DNA from: the human T2T-CHM13v2.0 reference genome, Homo sapiens
Direction: 5' to 3' (one strand)
DNA: 64,000 bases
Assembly: GCF_009914755.1 (NCBI RefSeq)
Contig: NC_060934.1
Shown: positions 14,024-28,065 of the stretch, piece after piece
Layout: every line of letters starts with the position of its first letter
Position numbering within the stretch: position 1 is the stretch's first letter
Position numbers and translations under genes: made by a program
Notes under the pieces: model-generated
What the model saw: the letters and a program-made list of their open reading frames with translations, nothing else
Told to the model about the DNA's origin: nothing
Databases searched by the model: none

Positions 14024-15202
14024 GCTTTTTTTATTTTTAATAGTTGGGCTGATAAATTATTTATTTACAGTCATTACTGTCAGCAATAGAAAGTATTCTT
14101 GAACTGTACAAATATATGTGATTTACAGATAACACCATTTTCTTCTGAAATGGTGTTTTGTATTTTGTGTTTGCTTTTTCCTTGGGGAAGATTATAAAGG
14201 AGAGTGTCCTTATAACACCATTATCTACTAAATGAAAACATCCTGGTTTGTTTCTAGAAATGGTTGTGCTCCTAAAAAGGATGACAGCTCTCAATTTTAA
14301 AAACATGTAAAAATAAAATGTAATAACTCTTTAAAACTACCTTCATGAAGAAAGCTGGAATTATTTTGTAAAATCATTTCCTAAACCAGCACTTAACAAA
14401 ATGTGAACAACCATGTGGACTACTAATTTGGAAGAAAAATATTTCTTTAAGAAGCTAAAGTAACGCCCCCAACTTCCTAGTCATTTGATCTGAGAGAGTG
14501 AAGTGACCTAGAGAAAACGTGGAGAATACAGGACAATGAGCAATGTTCATATCTTTTATTATTTCTCTAAGACTCAAAGTGTTTATCAGGCTCCTGACAG
14601 AAGACAGTTAGCTAAATAGTTAAGTCAAAGTTATTGAAGAAAGTATGCATGACAAATATCTGATATTTCTAGTCAACAGTAAGTTTGCAGTTTTGGTTGT
14701 CCAGGGCCTGCCAGACAATTCTCTTGCCCTGGGCTTTCTTGTGTGGACACTGGCTACAGGAGAACCTACGGACAACGCTGAGGAGCTCACAGGGAAATTG
14801 CTCCTGCTCTATTCTCAGGCCTGAATCCCATTTGTAACGCAATTCTTAAGCCTATTTAGTACTTTGGCCTGAAAATACCTCCTCTTTAAACTACCAAAAA
14901 CTGATTATTTGACTAATTAATGGTGCAAATAATTGTAAAATTTTCTTAGCCATAGTCCCATTTTTTAAATGGGACTATATTTTAAAAATAATATTTTTAA
15001 TATGTTTTAATTTAATAAATGTTTTTAAATATATGACTACATTGGCACATATTTTTAAAATAAATGACTTAATGGGCACAATTTGCATATTTTAAAAATA
15101 ATGTGGTAATCATAAAGAATAGAAAAGTTTTTACTAAATATTTTCTCTTTCTATACAGGTTATTTGACAGAGAATTGTCATTATTTAGAATACAGCTGGA
15201 TT

Positions 15203-15355
15203 GGCTGAGCACGGACGGTGGCTTATGCCTGTGATCTTAGCACTTTGAGAGGCTGAGGCAGGAGAATGGCTTGAGCCCAGGAGTTCAAGACCACCCCAGG
15301 AAACACAGGGAGAACATGTCTCAATAAATAAATGAATAAATAAATAAATAAATAC
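15203..15355 (+). mobile_element. FLAM-C / Alu left monomer with (TAAA)n tail
   Basis: ggctgagcac...gcttgagcccaggagttcaagacc...tctc(aata)n. Confidence 0.85.
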
Positions 15356-15377
15356 AAAGTTAAAAATTTAAAAAATG

Positions 15378-15697
15378 TTTATTTTATTTTTATTTTATTA
15401 TTATCATTTTTTTTTGAGATGGGGGTCTCACTCTGTCAGCCAGGCTGGAGTGCAGTGGTGCGATCACCACTCGCTACAGCCTTGACCTCTGGGCTCAAGC
15501 CATCCTCCTACTTCAGCCTTCTGAGTAGCTGGGACCACAGGCGTGTGCCACCACACCCAGCTAATTTTTCTATTTTTTGTAGAGACAGGGTGTTGCCATG
15601 TTGCCTAGACTGATCTCAAATTCCTGGGCCCAAGCAATCCGCCCACATCAACCTCTCAAAGTGTTGGGATTACAGGAGTGAGCCACTGTGCCCAGCC
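15378..15697 (-). mobile_element. AluJ, full length
   Basis: T-rich tail, gagatgggggtctcactctg...gagccactgtgcccagcc. Confidence 0.93.
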
Positions 15698-16771
15698 AAC
15701 TTTTTTTTTTTTTAAAGAATAAATCTGGCTTAAAAAGTGAGGAAAAAATGGCATATTATCTATAATTCTGGATCACAAAAGAGAAACATTGTTAAAATTT
15801 ATGTTCACCTTGGCAATATATTTTGAGGATTTTGAAAAAATGATTTTATGAGATGGAGCTCATCTTTCAGAGTATGAATTGAATTGTTTCTCATCAAAAG
15901 ACATTTTCTGAGGTGTTTTCAGGAATGTGATTTAATCACAGGTTAACATAAGGTTGCTGGATCACACGGAGTTTTCTGAGGCCTTTAACTGTGTTTCAAA
16001 GCCTATTAAATTTAAGAGGCAAATCACCTAATCATGAAAGCCTCCATCATTCCTTTCTCTGAAAACTTGCTGTGTCTAATTTGACAAAATTTTCAAAGTA
16101 TTCTTACTCATTATAGATGCTAGAAGCCACCATTTCATTCAGATCTCTATTTTTAAGTGCTTACCAAATATTTTACAAATTTAGATTTTTCAATGGGATG
16201 AAAATTATTATCTGTACCAGAAATAAGCAGCTGAGCATAACGAATGCACCCTATGTGTACTCCAAACCATTAAAATGCAAGCTTTACTTTCATTTTCTTT
16301 AAACAAGTATGTCACGAAACCAGCCTTGAAAGCAAGGCTCTCCATAGCCTTATAAAATATGTGAGATGAAGTAATTTACAACACATAATTTATTACCATT
16401 CTTCTTATTTTGTGTTTTGTTTGGAATTATTTATTGGTCAGAAAGTAAGTGCCTGACATAGAGCAGGCAGTTGAGTAAGTGTTAGCGGGTTGAAAGCAGT
16501 ACACATGTCTGAGATAATACTGCTGCTTGTCAAGTTCACAGAAAAACACCAATGATATTTGGTTCCCTCCCAAACCGGAAGCCTCTGGAGTGAAGGCTGT
16601 CCTTCCAAGAGGGTCCCTGGAGCAGTGGCGAGAAAACGGTGACTTGTCAGAGGGGTGGCAGAAGAAGTCTCTTGCAGCTGGCTGGGATTCTGGACTTGGG
16701 GAGTAATTTCCATTGATTAGATGTGTAGGAAACACACAGGAAGATATCCTGTTTCCAACAGTTCTTACTAA

Positions 16772-17177
<406 letters not shown>

Positions 17178-17922
17178 TTAATATTAACCATACTTTTTTT
17201 TACGTTGACTCACTAAAAAATATCCCAGTCTGAAATTTGCTGTTTTAATATTTTTAAGAAAACCCAAACCAGAAAATCCAGAGTGGACCACTCATTTAAA
17301 AACTATCAATACGTTCTGTAATCAATTGCATCAGGAAGAAATAGAGACATGTACCTTGCTTGTTTTTTTGACATCCACTGTACAAACAACACAGCAAATC
17401 TCTGACAGAGTGTCACTTAGAATACTTTTTCCTTAAAGATGACAGCCTTCCCCTTATGTGTCATTGTGCACACACTGAAGTTCCTCCCGCTTTGCCAGAA
17501 ACTAGCATAACACGCAACTACCTCGGTGATTTTCCACAGATGGTTATTTGAAATGGTTTAAGATGCTACAAGCTCATTGAGAATTTTAATAATCTTCCTA
17601 GGCAGAGGACTTGACTCCCTGGACTGTTTATTCTTGACATGAAAAATGTTGCCTTCCATCAATAGCTGATCTTTCTCTCTTCATTCTTTCTTTTATTCAT
17701 TTTCTTCTACTGTTTTATGGAAAAGTTTTTCCTGAAATTATTTCATTATAATAGGGATGTCAGCTCTAAAGATCAAACATAACTAACGTCTACACAATGG
17801 TAGAACAAATGGAAGATTCATTCTGCTTCTGTTGATGATACTTCTAAGACTAAATATTAATTTATAGAAGGTTATTTGCCTTTTATTTTCCTCATTTACA
17901 ATGGCAATGTTACTGCTAACAC

Positions 17923-18065
17923 TAATAACCAGCACTCATTTGGCTTCTGCCAAGTCAGGTGATGTTCTTAGTGCTTCATGGGAATTAGCCCATTGAATCC
18001 TCAGAAGGACTTTCCAAGATGAGTAACTTGACCACCCACATTTTACAATTGAGGAAACTAAGGTA
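17923..18065 (-). mobile_element. MIR
   Basis: taataaccagcactcatt...attgaatcctca...cacattttacaattgaggaaactaagg. Confidence 0.7.
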
Positions 18066-18361
18066 TATTGGATTTCTACAAATCTTTTTCTTTATCTATT
18101 TCTTTATACATATAGGGCCAGGCTACTGGGACATTCATTCATCCAAGAGAAGCAGGTTGCATTCCTGGAAATGGTTCATCTATTGACCCGAGTTTGCAAA
18201 GATCGGCAGCTCCCTGCTGTCCACGTTCAGGGAAGAAGTTTGGAGATTCCTTTCCCTTGCAAATATTGGGCCTGGAAGAGACAGAGTCCTGAGAACACAG
18301 CCGTTCTCACCATTCCATGAACAGTCGGTGTGTGCACTTTCGTTGTAACAGCGTTACTCCT

Positions 18362-18373
18362 GATGACGTCATC
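18362..18373. promoter_or_regulatory. Full palindromic CRE/ATF motif (gaTGACGTCAtc)
   Basis: 12-bp palindrome with intact CpG; motif only, function unproven. Confidence 0.35.
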
Positions 18374-18745
18374 CTATGCACCTATTGTTCTCATTTCACT
18401 TAAATGATAGATCTTACTGGAATATTGGTGATCTCCCTTTTTAGAAAGTTTTCCCCCAATTTAATTTTCTTGACTTCTTTTAATATTGTTTTTATATGGT
18501 TTACTTTTTGCATTATTTAAAGTTCAGAAACCTGGGACTGGTCTCTCTGCAATGCAGGTCTGAGTGCATTACCCATAGTTTGGTCATTTAGTCCCTACAC
18601 CTCTCAGCCCATCCTACATCACTCTTCACAGCCTCTGCTCTAACGATAGGGTCCTACCATGTGACCAGGCCTTGCAGTCCCTCTGAGCGAGGAGCCACAC
18701 TCACTCCATCTCCATGTCTCTGACATTTCCTCCCGTACTGGGAAC

Positions 18746-18825
18746 ACCCACTTCCCCTCTCCTTCTAGATCGTGCCTTCATCTGTACCCACTTCCCCTCT
18801 CGATCTAGATTGTGCCTTCATCTGT
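18746..18825 (+). repeat. 40-bp two-copy tandem duplication
   Basis: acccacttcccctctccttctagatcgtgccttcatctgt / acccacttcccctctcgatctagattgtgccttcatctgt. Confidence 0.95.
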
Positions 18826-19593
18826 TGACATTTAGATGAATTATTGCCTCCTTGGAAAAGTCTTTCCCGATACCGAGCCAGGTGACCTCATCTGTTTCTG
18901 TAGCAAGATGTTCCTATTTCTACTGGAGTGTTCTTTCCTCTTCATTAGATTGAGATTTCGTTGGAGGAAAGGATTCTCCTTCTCTTCTATTATTGGCCAA
19001 CACAGAACATAATTACGAAGACTCAAAGATATCTGAACATGTAATGATTTAGTATCACATATCTGAATACATTTATTCAACACATCTTTGAATGTGTATT
19101 GAATAAATAAAACACCAAGTTGAAGAGAAGCAACCCTCCTGATACTCAGAGATCTCTCGCGTAAGGACTGAGTGAGATGCCACATGTCCATTGTCTAGTC
19201 AGTAAGGACTGTGGGGAGAGTTAATAGACTCAGATCTAAAATCATTGCCTGAAGTAATGCTGAATTATCAGAACTGAAAGAAGCAATAAAACCACAGCCT
19301 CAAGATCAGCTCAAGAAAAATCCAGAAATAAGGTCATTTTGTCATGCCTCACGTTTAATATGAAGGTAGTAAAGAATTAAAGCCATATTGTTCAATAGAC
19401 ATGTCTTTGAGCACTGATAAATCTTTCCCATTTCAGATGTGAGAACAAGGGATATTAGAAAACACTCATGCACATTTCCAGTTGCAAGTTCATTATAATT
19501 TAATATTAACTAGGATTGCTATGTTCATTTTTGCATTCTACAGAGAATTTATAAGGCTTTTTCTATTTCTATATATTTCTATAAGGTTTCTGA

Positions 19594-19994
<401 letters not shown>

Positions 19995-20837
19995 TAGAAT
20001 TCTCTTATTGTGCAATACTTCTCAATCAATTTCACTTATGAAATTAGCCAGCGAAAATATGGAGAATTTAGCCAGAGTCAACTTTACCTCCAGTACTTCC
20101 TAAAGTGTCCGAAGCCAAGCCCAGTTTTCTAAGGGATTAAATCACTATTTTTATAGCTAGTCATTCTTTCTTTCCTATGCCAAGGTAGGAAAGCAAAACA
20201 CACAATCCCTCTCATTAGGACATCGTTTTGTGATTTCAACATTTTATTTAAAAAGATATTCCATTAATAATGAATGTTTATTGTTTAGAACTGTTTAAGG
20301 GTTGGGAGGAAGAGCCAAGACAGGGTACTTCTTCAAGTCACGTCTCCAGTATAGAATAGTATATGGGACACCAAATAGAGTGTAAAGAGATAAATAGGAT
20401 TTGGCCAGGCAAAGTTACTGAGTCTCAAAGTCTTGAGGTGTGAATTTCCCAGTTGAAATTAGAGAGCGGTTAAATTATTGCTCAGCGTTGCATTTAGAAT
20501 TAATGACTTCATGGAAGCAGGAGTCCTTTGCCCCTAGAAAACATTTCCCAAACTGGCCAATGACAGCTGCATGAAATTGCAATCTACATTTCCTGATAAA
20601 GTGTTCACTCTTCAAGTAGTAGGAAAATCATCACATCTTTTCTGTCAAGCGTTTCAAACTTTAAATATTAACGTGGATTAGTAACTTACAAAATCATGAT
20701 ACAACACATTTTTCCCAATTTATGCCTGATCACAGACCACTTTTCACAAGGCATATTTACGGAGGAAGTGAGGAAAAGGGCAATCCAGTTTAGGAAGTTT
20801 TGGGGATTTGAGAAGTAAGATGTTTGCATTTTTGAAA

Positions 20838-20994
20838 TGTATTTATTTATGTATTTACGTATTTGTAGAGATGGAGTCTCACTATGTTGTCCAGCCTATT
20901 CAGAGATGCTGTCATAGTGCACTGCAGGCTTGAATTCCTGGTCTCCAGCAATCCTCCCACCTCAGTCTCTCAAACCGCTGGGACTATAAGCTCA
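20838..20994 (-). mobile_element. FAM (fossil Alu monomer)
   Basis: Retains the 7SL-derived segment ctattcagagatgctgtcatagtgcactgcag (FAM ctattcacaggcgcgatcatagcgcact) followed by an Alu 5' part. Confidence 0.75.
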
Positions 20995-21057
20995 TAAATA
21001 TAAGAGGAAACTAAGTGTAGGAAATTGAATAAGGATAGATTAAAAATTGCTACCTAG

Positions 21058-21352
<295 letters not shown>

Positions 21353-21387
21353 CAATGCTACCTAACAATTTAAAAAATGTTCTTAGT

Positions 21388-21772
<385 letters not shown>

Positions 21773-22333
21773 CTAGTAGCTTCAGACTGAAAAGGGTCTT
21801 TATAAAACTTAGATGTGCACCAGTCAGAGGTAGCCTGTGTTTCATCCTTCGCTTCATTTGTAGAAAGGCATAAATCAAAGTAAGAAAAAGAAAGTCAGAC
21901 ACCTATAGCTGTACATTTTACACAGAAACCTCTGACCTAAGAGGAAATTCAGTGGATTGTTTCATGCATAGCCTTACATTTCTAATTTGTGGTATTGCCA
22001 TGTCTGTCTTCACCTTGTTTTCTTGCCAAAAATTAATTAGAAAATAATATAGAGAAATTGTTAAGTCCTTAAGGAATTTTTTGCAATTGCCTGCTGCTGA
22101 GGGGAAATGAAGAATTGTGTATACATGCTCACAGCTGCTTCTATGAGCAAGTATAGGTGAGGTGTTAAGAACAATTTTTCCCATAACTATAGATTTTTCC
22201 ATAGTAAGAGATTTTTATTGTGCCAATTCAAGACACTGCAGATATACACAGATATTCTTTAAATCAGTCTGCTACTGCTGCTGTGAAGCTGTTAATCTTC
22301 ACTTAACCTATTTGTGAAATGAGCAAAGTGTAA

Positions 22334-22430
22334 ATTCAATTCAATTCAATTAATATTTATTGAGAACCCATGGCGGGGGGTAGAACTGTACAAAGAACAG
22401 TAAGGTCAGCCGATGAATCAGACACAGACT
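22334..22430 (-). mobile_element. L2 3' end
   Basis: attcaattcaattcaattaatatttattgagaaccc...gatgaatcagacacag. Confidence 0.55.
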
Positions 22431-23815
22431 TTTTGACAAGCTTTATGTCTTCCATCTCTGGGGAACATTTACTCTGGCTTAGAAAAATACGAACAATCAA
22501 AATTAGAGAAATGTCAGAAAAGAATACCAGTGCATAAAATCAGGTCAGAATGACCTAAAATCATTTACATACAAAAGGAATAGACAGGTACCCTTTCCAG
22601 GAGCACTAGGCCCTTATTCTGTAGTGCAGGCTGGGCTCAGGAGTGGACTGAGGAGTTAGGCAACAAAAACTGCAATGGAAGGATATCCCGTGGTCTCCCC
22701 AAATGCTTTTCTCTAATGATCAGGTGTGTGGTATTAAATTAAACAATTCCTTTGACTCTTGAAGTTTTCTTGATCCTCGAAGACACCTATTAAAATACAA
22801 ATAGTCGGAGAGTCTAGGAAAACAGAAGCAGCAGCTGCCATTTGGTTTTTGTATCGATCCGTTTCTCCCCAGACAATGAGAGAGGAACTAGAATACCAAA
22901 ACGTTATATCCACGGGCAGCAGCTACAACAGACCTAAGTGTCAAACCCCCAAATACAGCAGATGGAAAGAGCAGCAACCTCAAATCCTGCAAGGTTTAGC
23001 AACTGTGTCGAGAGGGCAGAGGAGGCTCTGGGCATCAGATGAACCTGACAGCCCCCAGATTCCCCCCTGGAAGCCATGGCAACCACCTTAAGAACAAGAG
23101 CCGAAAATGGGTCAGTTTCCAAACTCCAACAGCAGCTGTGCACAGAGTATCCCAGGATGGCTGGAAAAGGCTGGGGCTGTCTGTGTCTCACAGAGATTCA
23201 AAATCGGATCTTCTGCTTTTGACTCCAATGTATTGGAGCTGTCACAGCAGCCCTCGGCACAAAAAAAAAAAAAAGCTGGATGCATTAAAAATCAGTGACT
23301 TCCTTGGACCCATCGGAAAACTGAGGTTTCAGAGCCATTCACCATCTGGAAATCAAGAGACACCCCATACCTGCTCACCTGGAGCAGAAGACTCTGGACT
23401 ATCATGGGTAGAGGCCCTCGAGTGGGCACTTTGCTGGATTGCTGGAGGCTGAGTGTGGACTAGCTCCAGTGTGAGAAACTCCATGTATTATGTGTTCTTC
23501 CTGAATTATAAACTCCCTGACCTTTATGTCACTCTTCCCGAGATCTCAAATATCTCTGGACCCTGTGTGCCTTGCACTCGAAGTCCTTTATTTATTATTT
23601 ATTGTACCTGATACCCATTTCTTGTATGACAACTTCAACATCTGAGTCACCTTTGAGTACTTGGTGTCTTCTGGCTGCGTTTTTTCTTGCCTTTCAGCAT
23701 GCCTGTGCTAAAATAATGCTCAAAGAAGGGAAAATAAAATCATAAAAGATCTTAATTTTTATCAGGTCAATAATCTACATAGACTGGATGAAATGTATGG
23801 TCCCTTTTATCAAGA

Positions 23816-23821
<6 letters not shown>

Positions 23822-23846
<25 letters not shown>

Positions 23847-23853
23847 TACACAC
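23822..23853. repeat. (CA)n microsatellite
   Basis: acacacac... about 16 units with one interruption. Confidence 0.95.
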
Positions 23854-24989
23854 AGGCAATGTTTTTGATATAATGACAAGATGGTCACACTTGTCCCTAA
23901 ACATATGTGAGTATTTTCTTTGGGGTAGATCCATGGTTTCCCACGTAACTGCTCTAACTAAAGCAATGGCTGGGCGTGCAGAGAGCCAGACCACACAATA
24001 ACTCCTGCCCTCTACACATTGCACAGAGGAGCCTGCCCCTCCCCCACCTACCTCCCACCACCTGACACACAGCGCATGGTGTATTTTAGCACTGGGGAGA
24101 GGAGAAAAGTTTCAGCACTAACTTCTCATCTATATTCCTCTCTTCCATCATCAATCACCCAATCACAGCTACCAAGTAGAGGGTGGAAGAGATAATATCT
24201 AAAATATGAGAAAGCATTGGATGTCTCCAGATAGGTGTTATTGTTTCTACTTTCATTATTTTCCCATTTTATCTCGTTTTTGAAAAAAATCAATACTTTC
24301 ATTTTATGGACCCAGAAAATCTTTGTATGTGTTGCTTAAACACAGGAGTTGTGTGGGATAATTTCTAGATTTGGTACCAGGAAACATCAACTTCCTTTGT
24401 TGTTTTAGCTTTTTATACCAACTAAATAAACTAAGTAGTTTGTGAGAGTATCTGAGATGCTTCTTCATTTATAAAAATAAATGGTCTTTTCAATCTCAAA
24501 AAAATTGGGGAATAAGACAAAATAGTATAAAAGAGAATGTTTTGTGTTAAGTATTACACAAAACTTAGATGCTAAAATCAGGCACGTGAATTTAGTAGCT
24601 GACAATATCAGCATTCAGCACGGTAAGTCAATAAAGGAAGTCAGGTGGACAGGCGTTCTGCTGATGAAAGGGAGAAGGCACCCCTGAAGGACAACTGCTC
24701 CCTCCTTTGCAAATCTGGAGAGTTTAGGACTTTATAGTTAATGTAGTGGGCAATGACTGGAGAATGCAAATCGGGAGACAAAGCCCCTCCCACAAAGTGT
24801 TCTATTCTACAGACAAACAGAAGGTAAAATAAATCCTAAAGACTGTTATTTACAGCCTGGTTATTGTTCAGTGATGTAGTCAAGAGCTTTTATACCATCT
24901 GAAGAAAAGTTCTTCCTTGAGGTGATTCTTAAGAATTAAGTGAACTCTCCATGTTTTAGATACACTTTTTTTTAAGTGTGTATCTGGTT

Positions 24990-25330
24990 GCTGTGATCAA
25001 TGTACCCAATTGCTCCTCCCACATCTACCTCATGGCTCACCTAGAATCCACATTTGCAGCTTCCCTTCGGCTGGGAGCGGCAATGCAAGTCATTTGGGCC
25101 AAGAGGATTTGAACAAAAGTGAAATGCCTAAGCCATCTCCAGCTGAAAGAGGAGCCACTTTCTCTCATTTGAGCTTTTTATTTTTTCCCGAAGGCAGGTC
25201 ACTAGATGTGACATGAACCCGATTTCATCCAATCTACAGAAAAGACCAACAGCCAGAGGATGGAGCCACCAGTTAAAGCAAAAACGTGACAGAGAACAAA
25301 CCTCTACTTATGTAAACCATTGAACCAATC
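24990..25330 (+). mobile_element. Old ERVL/MaLR LTR fragment (MLT1J/LTR16-like)
   Basis: cacatttgcagcttcccttcggctgggagcggcaatgcaagtcatttgggccaagaggatttgaacaaaagtgaaatg resembles the shared ERVL LTR motif. Confidence 0.4.
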
Positions 25331-25467
25331 AGCTGCCTAGCAATTGTGTGGGAGCAAGATTTCACCATCTGCAGATCCTACAAAAACATTCCACCTACGT
25401 GCCAGGGTATGTGGACAAGAAAGTTCAAAGCAGCAGCATTGGGAAGAGCAGAAATATTGAAAATAAC

Positions 25468-25763
25468 CCAGGCGTGGTGGGTCACGCCTGTAATCCCAGC
25501 ACTTTGGGAGGCTGAGATGGGTGGATCACGAGGTCAGGAATTCGAGACCAGCCTGGCCAACATAGCGAAACTCCATCTCTACTAAAAATACAAAAATTAG
25601 ATAGGCATGGTGGCTCATGTCTTTAATCCCAGCTACTCGGAAGTCTGAGGCAGTAGAATCGCTTGAACCCGGGAGGCAATTTCAGTGAGCTGAGATCGCA
25701 CCACTGCACTGCAGCCTGGGCAAGACAGCGAGACTCCGCCTCAAAAAAGAAAAAGAGAAAATA
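25468..25763 (+). mobile_element. AluSg-like inserted in an old L1ME fragment
   Basis: ggatcacgaggtcaggaattcgagaccagcctggcc; TSD gaaaataaccca at 25459 and 25764. Confidence 0.93.
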
Positions 25764-25974
25764 GAAAATAACCCAAACATCTATCAGTAAATGAAGGCTT
25801 AGTGTTGGTACATTGAAACAGTGTACAATTCCATATCAGGAAAAATGCATTAACTTCAGCTGTTCATAATTCCAAAACTGAGTTTTCAAAACAAAACACC
25901 GAGTAAAAAAATGTCTCAGAAAACTATGGCATTTTTGAAAGGTCAAATATAAACAAAACTAAATAGTATAGTGC

Positions 25975-26343
25975 CATATTTGTTTCCTAGGGTTGCCATA
26001 ATTAATACCACAGATGGCAGCATCAACAACAGAAACGGATGTTTTCACTGTTCTGGAGCTGGAAGTCCCGGCCTCAGGAGCGGCAGGATTGGCTTCTCCT
26101 AGGTCCTGTCTCCTTGGCTTGCAGGCGGCTGTGCACTTACACAGTCTTTTCTCTGTGTGAATGTCTGGTGTCTCGTCCTCTTATCCCCCAAACATCAGTC
26201 AGAATGGATGAAGCCTAGCCTAACAGCCACATTTTAATTCAAATACCTCTTTAAACACTTTATCTGAAATATGGTCACATTCTGAGGTACTAGGAGTCGA
26301 GACTTCAAGAGATGAATTTTGGGAGAACACAATTTAGCCCATA
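25975..26343 (-). mobile_element. MLT1 (A0/B-like) LTR
   Basis: tttcctagggttgccataattaataccacaga...ctgttctggagctggaagtcc...ggtcacattctgaggtactagg...acacaatttagcccata. Confidence 0.85.
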
Positions 26344-26507
26344 GTATACACAAACTAAATTCCAGGTGGTGGTCATCACCTGGGGGACCCAGGGCATGGA
26401 GAGGAAAAGATGGAAATTACATCTGTTTCTGTAATAGAGGTGATGATGTTCTACCGCTTCCCTGCGCAGTGCATTTGCAGGCATTCAGTATAGTGCTGTG
26501 CTTCCCA

Positions 26508-27021
26508 ACACACACACACACACACACACGTGCACACACGCACACACACGCACACACGTGCACTCACACATATATAGACACATACACAAATACAGACATG
26601 CACACATATACACATACACATATACACACATATGCACATATACACATACACATTAATGGATGCATACACATATATACACATACACACATGCACACACAAA
26701 CATGCATGCACACACATACACATATATACACACATACACACATGCACACATATACATACCTATATACACACATGCACACATATACATACCTATATACACA
26801 CATACACACATGCACACATACATATACACACTTGCACACATACACACACACGCACACACATACACACATATATACACACATGCACACACATACATATACA
26901 CACTTGCACACACATATACACATATGCAGAAATACATACATGCACACACATACACATCTACACACGTACACATGTATACACACATATACAGACATACACA
27001 TATTAACACACACATACACAT
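26508..27021. repeat. ~510-bp compound (CA/TA/CATG) low-complexity tandem repeat
   Basis: Near-continuous purine-pyrimidine alternation; source of the spurious His/Thr- and Val/Cys-rich ORFs. Confidence 0.95.
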
Positions 27022-27518
27022 GCTTTTGTATGTATCAAATATTACAAAATATTTCAAAGATATGTTGATTCAAGAAATACTAAATGTCTTAGCCATTGTT
27101 ATCTGAAGCTACTTTGAGGTGCGTAAGATGTAGGAATGTCATTAGATGCCTGGATCCCTCTGTGCTGGGATAGACAAGCACACTGTTTACTAATAGATGG
27201 AATATATTCCATAGGCAAGGGTCGAGTTTGCGAAAAGGAATCAGATAGCTTCTTGTTGAGCATCTGGACACGACCCTGCTTACAGAAGAAAGGAAGGGGA
27301 AGGAGGAGAAAACACACATGGATGATTGCCGTCTGTGTGCAGTCTGCTGCATACGGACACCTAATTCCGGTCAGGTAGCGTCCCGTGAGACTTTGGTATG
27401 AATTTCAGTTGCTCCTGAGATGGATTTGACTAGTCCACGGGTGGGTTGCATCTCTGCCGGCCAAGGTTGAGACCTGCATCTCTAATGGGATCTTCTGCTT
27501 ATAGTTTCCTGCAGGTGT

Positions 27519-27648
27519 CCTCCTCAGTCTCCCAGAATCCCTACCTCCTCTCCCGGTTCTCCCTCAGAAACAAACCAAGCCTCCTCCTCAGTCTCCCAGA
27601 ATCCCTACCTCCTCTCCCAGTTCTCCCTCTCAGAAACAAACCAAGCCT
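27519..27648 (+). repeat. 64/66-bp two-copy tandem duplication
   Basis: cctcctcagtctcccagaatccctacctcctctccc(g/a)gttctccct(ct)cagaaacaaaccaagcct twice. Confidence 0.95.
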
Positions 27649-27877
27649 TTTTATCTCAGGGACAAAGAGCAGCATTTGCAGAATTTTTAGCATATTTCAT
27701 GCAAAATTGATTCCAACACTAAGTTTCCATGAAACAATGGTGCTCTGCTAGTAACATTTTCTGAAATGTTATATATTTTAAAAGCAGGTAGTTTTCCAGC
27801 TTATTGAGAAAAATTATTGCTCATATATAATTATTTTTCAGCTTTAAGTTTTTCTCCCATGATATGTATTGGGAAAA

Positions 27878-28065
27878 ACTATATATATAGTATATACTAT
27901 ATATTATATAGTATATATTAATATTATATACTATATATTATATAGTATATACTAATATTACATACAGTTTATATATATAACTATATATAAACTATGTATA
28001 AACTACATATGTATATATAACTATATATGATATCTATGTATATATAGTATATATAACTATATATA
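27878..28065. repeat. (TA)n-rich low-complexity tract, left part
   Basis: actatatatatagtatatactatatattatatag... Confidence 0.95.

Larger units (their letters stand above)
12815..14045 (-). mobile_element. L1 (L1PB4/L1MA-like) 3' fragment interrupted by a THE1 LTR and an AluJ
   Basis: gtgcaattttgttacatgcatatattgtg...tagctcccacttacaagtgagagcatgcaatatttg, resumes after the LTR as gtttgcctttctgtgtctg...gctattgtgaatagtgctg. Confidence 0.85.

Noticed and set aside
22780-23570. GC-moderate segment with several overlapping short ORFs
   Set aside because: No recognisable protein similarity; possibly an old repeat I cannot assign.
26319-27106. Longest ORFs (249, 151, 148, 134 aa), rich in His/Thr or Val/Cys
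   Set aside because: Translations of a CA/TA microsatellite; no coding features.
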